19,176 nt of DNA from the NCBI GenBank assembly GCA_016930515.1, contig JAFGGO010000006.1:1-19176 (forward strand), written 5' to 3'. The stretch comes from Promethearchaeota archaeon (GTDB lineage: Archaea > Asgardarchaeota > Lokiarchaeia > Sigyniarchaeales > SOKP01). The notes under the pieces were generated by a model, which worked only from the letters and a program-made list of their open reading frames with translations, did no database searches and was not told the origin of the DNA. The stretch's first letter is position 1; each line of letters starts with the position of its first letter. Made by a program: the position numbers and the translations under genes. Of the stretch, positions 1 through 8,320 are shown piece after piece.

Positions 1-139
1 CGATGCCTTTATATCCGTTGTCAACGAACTCGTCTTTGATGTCCACGAGGACCACCTCGTATCCAGCCATGAGCGAGACTTGAGCAACGCCGCTACCCAT
101 CAATCCTGCTCCAACTACTGCTATCTTGTTTACAGCCAT
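1..139 (-). CDS. 3-hydroxyacyl-CoA dehydrogenase (possibly fused to enoyl-CoA hydratase), 5' part only; gene continues past the left edge
   Basis: Not in the ORF track. Manual translation from ATG at 139 gives MAVNKIAVVGAGLMGSGVAQVSLMAGYEVVLVDIKDEFVDNGYKGI, with the GAGxMGxGxA Rossmann motif and V-D-I typical of the 3HCDH_N domain. An AAGGTTG SD-like sequence lies just upstream. Confidence 0.92.
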   Translation of the reverse strand, partial: MAVNKIAVVGAGLMGSGVAQVSLMAGYEVVLVDIKDEFVDNGYKGI

Positions 140-214
140 TTTTTTTCAACCTTTATAAAATTCAAATTTTTTAAAATTAAATTACTAATTATAACATGGA
201 AGTAAATAAAAAAT

Positions 215-269
215 TGATGATCCAAATCGCACTGCCATATTTTCAAAAATTAAAAAGTGATGATCCAAA
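215..269. repeat. 12-bp direct repeat TGATGATCCAAA x2 (215-226, 258-269)
   Basis: Exact copies 43 bp apart in the intergenic region upstream of the dehydrogenase gene. Confidence 0.6.
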
Positions 270-401
270 CTAGTTATTTTTTTTTAATACAATAATTTTC
301 TCTTTTTTTTGTTTGGAGTAATGAATATTTCCTCAATAAAATTATCGTTAAAATAAATAATGGAAAACTCTTTTGGATAAACACGAACTTGTTGATTAAA
401 T

Positions 402-923
402 CTACTTATAAAATAACATTTCCTCGACGCAAGCATCTTGTTCTTCGCTATTTTCTAAAAAGTTAATTTCAACTTTTCGTATCTTTTCTCCAATCAAGTT
501 CTTTAAGGCGACTTCGTAATATCCCTTGTTGATGCGACAAAAAGCCTTGCCATATTGAAGCTTTTCCCTTTCCTTGAATGAATCTCTCAGAAAACAATGG
601 TTTTGGATGATAATTCTTATCTTTTCCTCGTCCTCAGTAATATCCTTAATGATAATGGAATAAAATTCCTTTAATTCAAGCGTCAATATTTCAAGTGCTT
701 CGATTATGTCAAAATCCTCTTTTCCGTATTTTGATTTCAATCTTTCAGATATTTTTTTCCCCGGACCGGCCCCAACTTGATATAACATGGTTAGTAAGCT
801 ATTTCTCCCAAATAAATCTCTTACTTTTTCCACGATTGATTCGGCAATAATTTCGTAGCCCTTGAGCGTTTTGAGGTTAGACGGAGGATTTTTAATTTTT
901 TCGTTAATCTCTTCTATGTTCAC
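402..923 (-). CDS. V4R / methanogen-output-domain-like protein (NO-signalling/Golgi-transport, Bet3-like fold)
   Basis: 173 aa, GTG start. Helical LYQVGAGPGKKI (LyxxGxxxG pattern), followed by IIIQNHCF, AFCRINKGYYEVAL and ACVEEM, which matches the Cys spacing and C-xxxx-G-x-x pattern of V4R domains. Confidence 0.65.
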   Translation of the reverse strand: MNIEEINEKIKNPPSNLKTLKGYEIIAESIVEKVRDLFGRNSLLTMLYQVGAGPGKKISERLKSKYGKEDFDIIEALEILTLELKEFYSIIIKDITEDEEKIRIIIQNHCFLRDSFKEREKLQYGKAFCRINKGYYEVALKNLIGEKIRKVEINFLENSEEQDACVEEMLFYK

Positions 924-1054
924 TTGTATGATCCCTTAGAAAGAATTAATTCCTATTAAATAATAGAACGGCTAATTTATTTTAAATTTATTTTTTATTT
1001 TTGAAAGGTACCAATCTTAATTGTTAAAAAAAATTCATTTAGGAAGATTAAATA

Positions 1055-1534
1055 TCATACATTTTCGTTTATTTTAATGATTTTATGAACCATCATCTTG
1101 ATGTTCTCATCGATTTCTTTCAAGATTTTTAAATAGGTTCGTCTATTAGTGTAATATGGATCAACGATGTCTCCTTTTTTATCATTAAAAGCTTTTAAAG
1201 TTATGGTCTTTTCCTTAATATTTTCAATATCGCCAAAATTTTCAATCAATTCGAACATGTGACGATTTTCCATGGTTATTATTAGGTCATGTTCCTTTAA
1301 GAGCGTTTTATTAACGATCTTTGGTTTGAAATCGGAATGATCGATTCCTTTTTCATCTAAGTATTGTTGCGATTCTGGTTGCATGTAGGTAAAAGCATTG
1401 ATAAAACCCGCGCTATCGAAATTTAAATCAATTCCAAGTCGGTCGGCGTGATATCTTGCGAGATATTCAGCAGCAGGACTTCTAGCCGTATTTCCCGTGC
1501 AAATGATTAAGATGTTTTGAATTTTTTTTTTCAT
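1055..1534 (-). CDS. Low-molecular-weight protein phosphatase (LMWPc family)
   Basis: P-loop CTGNTARS (CX5R), followed by SPAAE, DSAG, DLIITME and the general-acid loop DIVDPYY. Confidence 0.93.
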   Translation of the reverse strand: MKKKIQNILIICTGNTARSPAAEYLARYHADRLGIDLNFDSAGFINAFTYMQPESQQYLDEKGIDHSDFKPKIVNKTLLKEHDLIITMENRHMFELIENFGDIENIKEKTITLKAFNDKKGDIVDPYYTNRRTYLKILKEIDENIKMMVHKIIKINENV

Positions 1535-1723
1535 TTTAATATCAATGTGTTGCTTGATTTTTATTCATAACTGATTGAATTATATCCATCTCAAGAAGAA
1601 TTTCTTTAATATTATTTGCATTAGGTTATTTGCTTGCAAATTGAATTGAATCTGAATTTTGAACCATGAAACTCGAAATTCTCGAACATTTATTAGGGAT
1701 ATAAAATATAAATTCAATGCAAA

Positions 1724-2689
1724 ATGCTCGAGTTTATTTCATGGATAATATTGTTTATACTTGGCTATCTGATCATATTTTTTGCCGCAGATGTCTTTTT
1801 AGATAATTTGAAAGAAATATGTACCATATATGGCATCTCTCCATTCATATCGGGCGCCTTAATTCTTGGTGTTGACCCTGAAGAAACTATTGCGTCAGTA
1901 ATTGCTGCGATAAATGGTCTTTCTTATATCGCATTGGGAAATGTTATTGGCAACTCTATAATTGCGTTAACCCTGTGTTTCGCCATACCTGCGTTTTTTT
2001 ATAAAACGGAATTTAAATCCATTCCTCAGTTTTATTTTACATTATTATATACTTGCATGATTCTCGCTCTCGTGGGGCTCTTGATTCTTTCAAGTCTCTT
2101 TATAATTGGTATCGTTGTTCTATTGTTGTATTTTGTTTATTTTTATACAAATTTAAAACACATTTCAAATATAAGAAGCGACAATAACAAGATAGAATCT
2201 GATAAAAGAATAGTAAATAATATTTTAACGAAAAAATCAAAACCTAAAACGATATTATTGATAATTCTAAGCTTTTTGTTCATAATTCTAGGCGGAGAAT
2301 TACTCATAATTTCTACCGAGCAAATAATATTACTCACTCACATACCAGAATCTTTTTTTGGATTCGTCCTAATAGCTTTTGTTACGAATGTAGAAGAATT
2401 GACGCTGCTTATCAAATCAATCAAGAAACACAGTGTTGAAATCGGCTTGGGAGGAATGATTGGAAAGGTATTTTGGAATTTGGCCATGACTTTCGGAATA
2501 AGTGCTTTAATTCTTTTAAATATTGATTTCGTGTGGATTTTGTTATGGAATTGGGTGGTTTTATTCGTTTTAGTTGCTTATTTTAATTTAATCATCAAAA
2601 AAAAGACATTAAATTGGAAAAATGGTGTTGTTTTAAGCTTGATATTTTCCATCTTCTTAATTATTAATATTAGCTCAATTATGAGCTAA
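1724..2689 (+). CDS. Cation/Ca2+ exchanger (CaCA / Na_Ca_ex, YrbG-like) with divergent alpha repeats
   Basis: About 10 TM helices in two homologous halves around a hydrophilic loop. GISPFISGALILGVDPEE...IALGNVIGNSI and IPESFFGFVLIAFVTNVEE...IGLGGMIGKVFWN occupy the alpha-1 and alpha-2 repeat positions. Confidence 0.85.
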   Translation: MLEFISWIILFILGYLIIFFAADVFLDNLKEICTIYGISPFISGALILGVDPEETIASVIAAINGLSYIALGNVIGNSIIALTLCFAIPAFFYKTEFKSIPQFYFTLLYTCMILALVGLLILSSLFIIGIVVLLLYFVYFYTNLKHISNIRSDNNKIESDKRIVNNILTKKSKPKTILLIILSFLFIILGGELLIISTEQIILLTHIPESFFGFVLIAFVTNVEELTLLIKSIKKHSVEIGLGGMIGKVFWNLAMTFGISALILLNIDFVWILLWNWVVLFVLVAYFNLIIKKKTLNWKNGVVLSLIFSIFLIINISSIMS

Positions 2690-2804
2690 AATGTTAAAAA
2701 TTCGCAAGAATTACGTAATTTTTTATTATAAACAGAAGGGGATAGCTTTTTATTTTCTTAGGTTGATAATAAACCATTGAAAGAGTGTACTAATATTAAA
2801 AAAG

Positions 2805-3683
2805 ATGAGCTTCTTGGAAACTAAAACAAATATCATAATAGACGATCTCGGGTTCCCAGAAGGACCACGTTGGAGAAATAATAAATTATGGTTTTCTGAT
2901 TTTCGCATGAAAAGGGTGATGACTTTAAACCTTAAAGGGCATTTAGAACACATTGTGAAAGTAAGCGGTCAACCTTCAGGGTTAGGATGGCATCCCGATG
3001 GGGACTTGCTCGTCGTTTCAATGGTAGATCGTTGTTTATTAAAATTTAATGGAACCAATTTAAAGGTCTTCTCCGACCTGAGTAAATTAGCCTCATCTTA
3101 TTGCAACGACATGGTAGTTTCGAAAGAAGGAAATGCTTACATTGGAAATTTTGGGCATGTTCTTTTTCAAGAACCATTTCGACCCGCTGAACTCATCTTA
3201 GTTACTCCAAACGGAGAAGCAAAAATAGTAGCAAGAGATCTTGCCTTTCCTAATGGATCGGTAATTACAGCAGACGGTAAGACATTAATCGTTGCCGAAA
3301 CCCTCGCTGCTCGATTAACCGCCTTTGACATCAATAGTGATGGAACTTTGAAAAATAGGCGAATTTGGGCAAAATTTGATGATCTGGGCGTTATAACCGA
3401 TCAAAGACAACTTAGTCAACGTATTGTACCCGATGGAATATGTTTAAACGCAGAAGGATCCATTTGGATTGCTTCACCTAATATCAAGAACCAATTAGTT
3501 TGCACGCGAGAAGGCGGAGACATCGTGCGTATTATGGAATTAAAACGCACGCCATACGCTTGCATGTTAGGAGGAACAGATCGAAAAACGCTCTACATTG
3601 CGACATCTAGGATGGATTCTATTGGTAATTTGGGATGCATTGAAATTTTACAGGTTGATATTCCTGGAGATGGATTTCCTTAA
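2805..3683 (+). CDS. SMP-30/gluconolactonase/LRE family beta-propeller protein
   Basis: Motifs FPEGPRW, LWFSD, PSGLGW, CNDMVV, FPNG, PDGICL and ACMLGG...LYIAT; the metal ligands E, N, N, D are present. Confidence 0.95.
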   Translation: MSFLETKTNIIIDDLGFPEGPRWRNNKLWFSDFRMKRVMTLNLKGHLEHIVKVSGQPSGLGWHPDGDLLVVSMVDRCLLKFNGTNLKVFSDLSKLASSYCNDMVVSKEGNAYIGNFGHVLFQEPFRPAELILVTPNGEAKIVARDLAFPNGSVITADGKTLIVAETLAARLTAFDINSDGTLKNRRIWAKFDDLGVITDQRQLSQRIVPDGICLNAEGSIWIASPNIKNQLVCTREGGDIVRIMELKRTPYACMLGGTDRKTLYIATSRMDSIGNLGCIEILQVDIPGDGFP

Positions 3684-3807
3684 TTCGTTGAAAGGAGAAA
3701 TTTGGAATTACATTGAAAATTTCGCTTTTGTTAAGAATATGAGTTAAAAAGAATCACATATTAAAAACAATTAATTGCATTAAAAAGTCACAGTAAATCG
3801 CAGTAAA

Positions 3808-5382
3808 TTGAAAATAAAAACTGACATCTTGATCATTGGAGGAGGCATTTCTGGCCTTTCTTTAGCCATTAAATTGTCAGATTTGTTAAAAAACGCAAAT
3901 ATTTTATTAATAACTAAAGAGATGTTAGAAGAGTGTAACACTTTTCACGCCCAAGGAGGGATCGCTTGCGTGTGGGACACCAAGAACGATAATTTTGAAA
4001 AACACGTTCAAGACACACTTGTAGCAGGAGACGGATTATGCAAGGAAAAAGTAGTAAGAGAGATAATCAAACGAGCACCAGAAAGAATAGGTGATCTCGA
4101 GGATTGGGGCGTCAAATTTACAAGAAACAAAGAAGGAGACTATGACCTAGGACGCGAAGGGGGTCATTCGGAAAGGAGAATCTTACATGTTAAGGATTAT
4201 ACCGGAAAGGGAGTCGAACTTGCCTTAATCGAACGCGTGAAAATGTGCACCAATGTGGATATAAAACAAAAATGGTGTGCCGTTAATCTTTACGCAAAAA
4301 ACTTAAAATGCCTAGGTGCTTACGCGCTTGAACAAGAGACGGGACAGATGCACAATATCTCGGCAAAGACCACAATCTTGGCTACTGGAGGTGCCGGAAA
4401 GATTTATCTTTATACAACAAATCCCGATGTTGCTTCTGGAGACGGCATAGCAATGGCTTACAGGGCAGGAGCCGTAATTGCTAACATGGAATTCTATCAA
4501 TTTCACCCAACATGCTTATATCACCCCTTTGCAAAATCATTTCTAATATCAGAAGCGCTCAGAGGAGAGGGTGCCTTGCTGAAGGACATTTCTGGAAAAC
4601 AATTCATGAAAAATTATCACCCTCTCAAGGAACTAGCACCACGAGATATCGTATCCCGCGCGATTGACGCAGAATTAAAAAGATCGGGAGATGATTGTGT
4701 GTATTTAGATATTGCTTCTCAAAAAGACCCGGAATTCATAAAGAATCACTTTCCCGCCATATATAACGAATGCTTGAGATATAACATTGATATAACACGA
4801 GATCCGATCCCCGTCGTGCCAGCAGCCCATTATTGTTGTGGAGGGGTCCTTACGGGCATAGACGGAACCACGGCAGTAAAAAACTTGTATGTGGTTGGAG
4901 AGTCTGCCTGCACGGGATTACACGGTGCTAATCGCTTAGCAAGTAATTCTTTAATAGAAGGTCTTGTTTGCGCACACGAATGTGCAATAACTATTGCTAA
5001 AAATTACCAGGAGCTGAAATTAAGAGATTTCAGAGACTGGGAACCTGGTAGTGCCGTACCTTCCACGGAAGCCGTAGTGATAACACAGAATTGGGACGAA
5101 ATAAGGAGATTCATGTGGAATTATGTCGGTATCGTGAGGACAAAGCTTCGATTGCAGAGAGCAAAAAATAGGATTAATTTCTTACTTGACGAAATAAATC
5201 AGTATTATTGGGACTTTAAGATTGAGAAAAATTTAGTCGAGTTAAGAAATCTAGCTACAGTTTCGAAAATCATCATTGTAAGCGCAATATCGCGAAAAGA
5301 AAGTCGTGGAATCCATTACAACTTGGATTATCCTAATAAAGCAGAGTTATGTAGAGACACGATCGTAAAAAAGCCTTGGTAA
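3808..5382 (+). CDS. nadB: L-aspartate oxidase
   Basis: TTG start. Motifs IIGGGISG (FAD), AQGGIA, REGGHSERRILH, QFHPT, LISEALRGEGA, ELAPRDIV, PAAHYCCGG, GLHGANRLASNSL and RKESRGIHY. Confidence 0.96.
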   Translation: MKIKTDILIIGGGISGLSLAIKLSDLLKNANILLITKEMLEECNTFHAQGGIACVWDTKNDNFEKHVQDTLVAGDGLCKEKVVREIIKRAPERIGDLEDWGVKFTRNKEGDYDLGREGGHSERRILHVKDYTGKGVELALIERVKMCTNVDIKQKWCAVNLYAKNLKCLGAYALEQETGQMHNISAKTTILATGGAGKIYLYTTNPDVASGDGIAMAYRAGAVIANMEFYQFHPTCLYHPFAKSFLISEALRGEGALLKDISGKQFMKNYHPLKELAPRDIVSRAIDAELKRSGDDCVYLDIASQKDPEFIKNHFPAIYNECLRYNIDITRDPIPVVPAAHYCCGGVLTGIDGTTAVKNLYVVGESACTGLHGANRLASNSLIEGLVCAHECAITIAKNYQELKLRDFRDWEPGSAVPSTEAVVITQNWDEIRRFMWNYVGIVRTKLRLQRAKNRINFLLDEINQYYWDFKIEKNLVELRNLATVSKIIIVSAISRKESRGIHYNLDYPNKAELCRDTIVKKPW

Positions 5383-5504
5383 AAAACACTTTCATTTGAT
5401 TTAGGATATCATATAAATTTCAATTAATTATTTTCTTTTCCTAAAATATTTTATATCACTTCTTATATCTCATTATCAAAAATGTTTTTCTGAGGTATAA
5501 AAAA

Positions 5505-6116
5505 ATGGGTGCTTTTTGGGATTTTATCCTTCAAATAACAAACAATGTCGGGGCGGGAGTGTGTTTACTTATTTGTGGTGCCGTGTGGGTACTAGATACG
5601 GCTTTTGAGGCATCAAGAAGAGAAGGTTTTTTCAAGAGGGATGATAATTGGAATTTTGATGTGACAACCCTACTCAAGATCTTAACTATAATTGCGTGTA
5701 GCACGGGGTTTATTTTCATCATTATTGGTATCCTTGGGTATTTCAACGATACTATCACTACAACACTCACTTCGACTTCTTTAATAATATTAGGTTTTTT
5801 AACAATTCTCAAACCAGTAAATGACTTACCTATAGCTAGCATGATAGGATTTTTCTCGGCCACGCTTGTCGCACTAATAATTGCCACTATCATATATTTT
5901 TCACCGTTAGAATTGGCAGATTTTAAATGGCAATGGGGAGTCTTCATCGTGATCGTGCTCGTTATCGTGTTCATAGCATCCACCTTGATCGCAAAATTTT
6001 GGGTAGCATTACCGAAGTTAATCTCCAAGATCGTGTCTTGGCCGGTTGTTTCGGTGATCGGAGCAGCATATTCATTTATTCTTGGTGGTCTGGTGTTAGC
6101 AGGAATTTATGTATAG
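5505..6116 (+). CDS. Hypothetical polytopic membrane protein (about 6 TM helices)
   Basis: 203 aa with six hydrophobic segments. TGAGGT SD-like motif about 10 nt upstream and an oligo-T tract directly downstream. Confidence 0.8.
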   Translation: MGAFWDFILQITNNVGAGVCLLICGAVWVLDTAFEASRREGFFKRDDNWNFDVTTLLKILTIIACSTGFIFIIIGILGYFNDTITTTLTSTSLIILGFLTILKPVNDLPIASMIGFFSATLVALIIATIIYFSPLELADFKWQWGVFIVIVLVIVFIASTLIAKFWVALPKLISKIVSWPVVSVIGAAYSFILGGLVLAGIYV

Positions 6117-6120
6117 CCAC

Positions 6121-6148
6121 TTTTTCATTTTTTTTTTATTTTTTCTTT
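6121..6148 (+). terminator. Oligo-T archaeal-type terminator
   Basis: Run of T-tracts beginning 5 nt after the TAG of 5505..6116. Confidence 0.5.
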
Positions 6149-6353
6149 ATCTTGAGGTAATCAAAGAGATTGTAATTTTAATTCCTATATGTTAATTTAA
6201 AGGATAGAGAAAATTATTTTAAAAATATATTTGAGATTAAATCTTAAATATCTCTTGAGATAAAATCGTTTGAAGCATTCTAAAAATTTAGATAAACCTT
6301 TTTATTATCACATAATATTTATACCTATACTATAGAATTATTTATGATTAGAA

Positions 6354-7166
6354 GTGAAAACTACCTTGAACTTAGGAAAGAAAATAAGGATGGAAAGAAT
6401 ACTCGATAGAAAAACGAGAAGAACGATCATAATTCCAATGGACCATGGTATGACCATAGGGACGGTCAGGGGTATCGAAAACATCGCAGAAATGGTCGAT
6501 AAAGTAGCTTTAGGGGGTGCCAACGCCGTATTGATGCATTCTGGAATGGTCGACATGGGACACAGGGAACATGGCACGAAAGACATTGGATTGATCGTTC
6601 ACTTATCGGGTGCAACAACCTTAGCACCAGATCCAAACCGCAAGGTCATCGTGTGCTCAGTCGAACGTTCGTTAAAACTAGGTGCGGACGCATGTTCCAT
6701 TCATATTAATGTAGGAGCAGACACGGAACCTGAAATGCTTCGAGACGCTCACATGATTGTCGAGTCTTGTCGAGAATGGGGTGTACCCTTATTAGCAATG
6801 ATGTATCCTAGAGGAAAAAAAGTAGAAAGCGAACACGACCCCACGAATGTGAACATTGCGGCAAGAGCGGGTGCAGAATTAGGAGCAGATATAGTCAAGA
6901 CCAACTACACGGGAGATATCGATTCTTTCGCAGATATTGTGAAAGGAGCTAATGTCCCCGTCATCATAGCTGGAGGCCCTAAAATGGACACAACTCACGA
7001 TCTACTCCAGATGGTATCCGATTCGATTCAAGCAGGAGGTTCGGGTGTTGCTTTTGGCAGAAATGTCTTTCAAGCCGAAGACCCGACAAAGATTGTTAGC
7101 GCAATCGCTAAGATAGTACACGGAGATTGGTCCGTAGAAGAAGTCGAAAAGGAATATAAATTTTAA
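6354..7166 (+). CDS. aroA': 2-amino-3,7-dideoxy-D-threo-hept-6-ulosonate synthase (MJ0400-type class I aldolase, DhnA family)
   Basis: Motifs [63 protein letters not shown] (Schiff-base Lys), IAGGPK and GRNVFQ, close to the MJ0400 pattern as remembered. The start may be the in-frame TTG at 6366. Confidence 0.88.
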   Translation: MKTTLNLGKKIRMERILDRKTRRTIIIPMDHGMTIGTVRGIENIAEMVDKVALGGANAVLMHSGMVDMGHREHGTKDIGLIVHLSGATTLAPDPNRKVIVCSVERSLKLGADACSIHINVGADTEPEMLRDAHMIVESCREWGVPLLAMMYPRGKKVESEHDPTNVNIAARAGAELGADIVKTNYTGDIDSFADIVKGANVPVIIAGGPKMDTTHDLLQMVSDSIQAGGSGVAFGRNVFQAEDPTKIVSAIAKIVHGDWSVEEVEKEYKF

Positions 7167-7180
7167 TTTTCTACATCTTT

Positions 7181-7186
7181 AGGTGA
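7181..7186 (+). promoter_or_regulatory. Shine-Dalgarno AGGTGA for the small ORF at 7192
   Basis: Canonical archaeal SD, 5 nt before an ATG. Confidence 0.55.
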
Positions 7187-7191
7187 TTTAA

Positions 7192-7335
7192 ATGGAAGGC
7201 GGAAAAGAAACAATCACTTATAACTATCTCGTTAAAAGAGCATTGAAGTTTTCCATCGAAACCGCCATTGTTTTTATTTTAATTTTTTGTTGGAAAGAAA
7301 TTTTCTTGTTATTTCGAATACTTTTCCATTTTTAA
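7192..7335 (+). CDS. Putative 47-aa small membrane protein (not in ORF track)
   Basis: MEGGKETITYNYLVKRALKFSIETAIVFILIFCWKEIFLLFRILFHF*. AGGTGA SD; starts 25 nt after the aroA' stop; hydrophobic C-terminal half. Confidence 0.5.
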   Translation: MEGGKETITYNYLVKRALKFSIETAIVFILIFCWKEIFLLFRILFHF

Positions 7336-7436
7336 CATCCAGAACATAAGAAATTAGACAAGCGTGTTATTTTTTTATTATAAATAAAAAAATTATATGC
7401 CTGTAAATATATAAAATTCTCAGATATTATTTTTAA

Positions 7437-8207
7437 ATGGTGACAGGGATTTTGAAAGTAATCGTGGATGTGAGAGAAAAGAAGCTCATGATGGAGCTTG
7501 ATAAGCGTAGAGAAAACGGAAGCGAGTTGGAGTACGAAATTGAAAGACTCGATGTTTCAGATATCGTTATTACAGACCAAGTGGCTATTGAACGTAAGGA
7601 AGGATTTGATTTCGTTGCGTCAATCAAGGATAATCGCTTGTTCGACCAATTATTAAGGCTTAAAGAAGCGTATCCTGAAGGAGCTATTTTAATCTTAGAA
7701 GGATTAAACAACGAGGTGTTTGAAAACACGGGCATGAATTTAAACTCGATATATGGTGCGCTTTCTTTCGTGTCTTACAAGCTCGGCGTTTCAGTAATTC
7801 CCACGAGAAATTTAGAAGACACGGCAGTTGTTATTGAAAGAGTTGCAATTCGGGAACAACTAAAAGATGAGATGCCCTTGATGAGCCGAGTTGCACCCAA
7901 AGGAATGAACGATGAAGAAAGAAGGTATTTCATCATTGAAGGTCTCGTTGATATTGGGTCTAAAAAGGCGAAAATGCTTGTTGACACTTTTAAAACTCCA
8001 TATAAAGTGCTAAAAGCTATTAGAGACACAGAAATTACATATACAAAGACTGGAAACCCAAAAGGAATCGTAGGGCCCTTAAAAGAATGCGGTTTAAAGG
8101 GTTTTTCGTGGAAATTTGTAAAAAAGAACAAGGAAATATTATTTGGTACAAAGCAAACCAATCCACAGAAACAAATAGTAGATCAAGATTTTTTAAACCA
8201 TATTTAA
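7437..8207 (+). CDS. xpf: XPF/ERCC4-family structure-specific endonuclease, short form without a helicase domain
   Basis: VIVDVRE, LDVSDI...VAIERKEGFDFVASIKDNRLFDQL (ERKxxxD nuclease motif), LILEG, then HhH-like GLVDIGSKKAKMLVDTF. Confidence 0.9.
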   Translation: MVTGILKVIVDVREKKLMMELDKRRENGSELEYEIERLDVSDIVITDQVAIERKEGFDFVASIKDNRLFDQLLRLKEAYPEGAILILEGLNNEVFENTGMNLNSIYGALSFVSYKLGVSVIPTRNLEDTAVVIERVAIREQLKDEMPLMSRVAPKGMNDEERRYFIIEGLVDIGSKKAKMLVDTFKTPYKVLKAIRDTEITYTKTGNPKGIVGPLKECGLKGFSWKFVKKNKEILFGTKQTNPQKQIVDQDFLNHI

Positions 8208-8320
8208 CACCAATTCAACTTTTTGATAAATATGACGAGGCAAAAAAGATACTTGAGACTTTTTTGGTTATTGTCAGGAGAAAAAAATAAAGAAATTATA
8301 AATAAAAAAATCAAAAATGT

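Noticed and set aside
214-330. Possible C/D-box sRNA (GTGATGA at 257-263, TTGATGA at 214-220)
   Set aside because: No CTGA D or D' box at a suitable distance, and the following sequence is low-complexity poly-T.
1628-1641. Palindrome ATTTGC-TT-GCAAAT in the divergent phosphatase/exchanger promoter
   Set aside because: A single AT-rich repeat with 6-bp arms, too likely by chance to call an operator.
3808-5382. Succinate dehydrogenase/fumarate reductase flavoprotein as an alternative call
   Set aside because: REGGHS.RRILH and the C-terminal pattern are NadB-type, and no Fe-S subunit gene is adjacent.
8087-8290. 67-aa ORF overlapping the XPF 3' end
   Set aside because: Overlaps XPF by 121 bp in another frame, has no recognisable motif, and XPF is complete without it.
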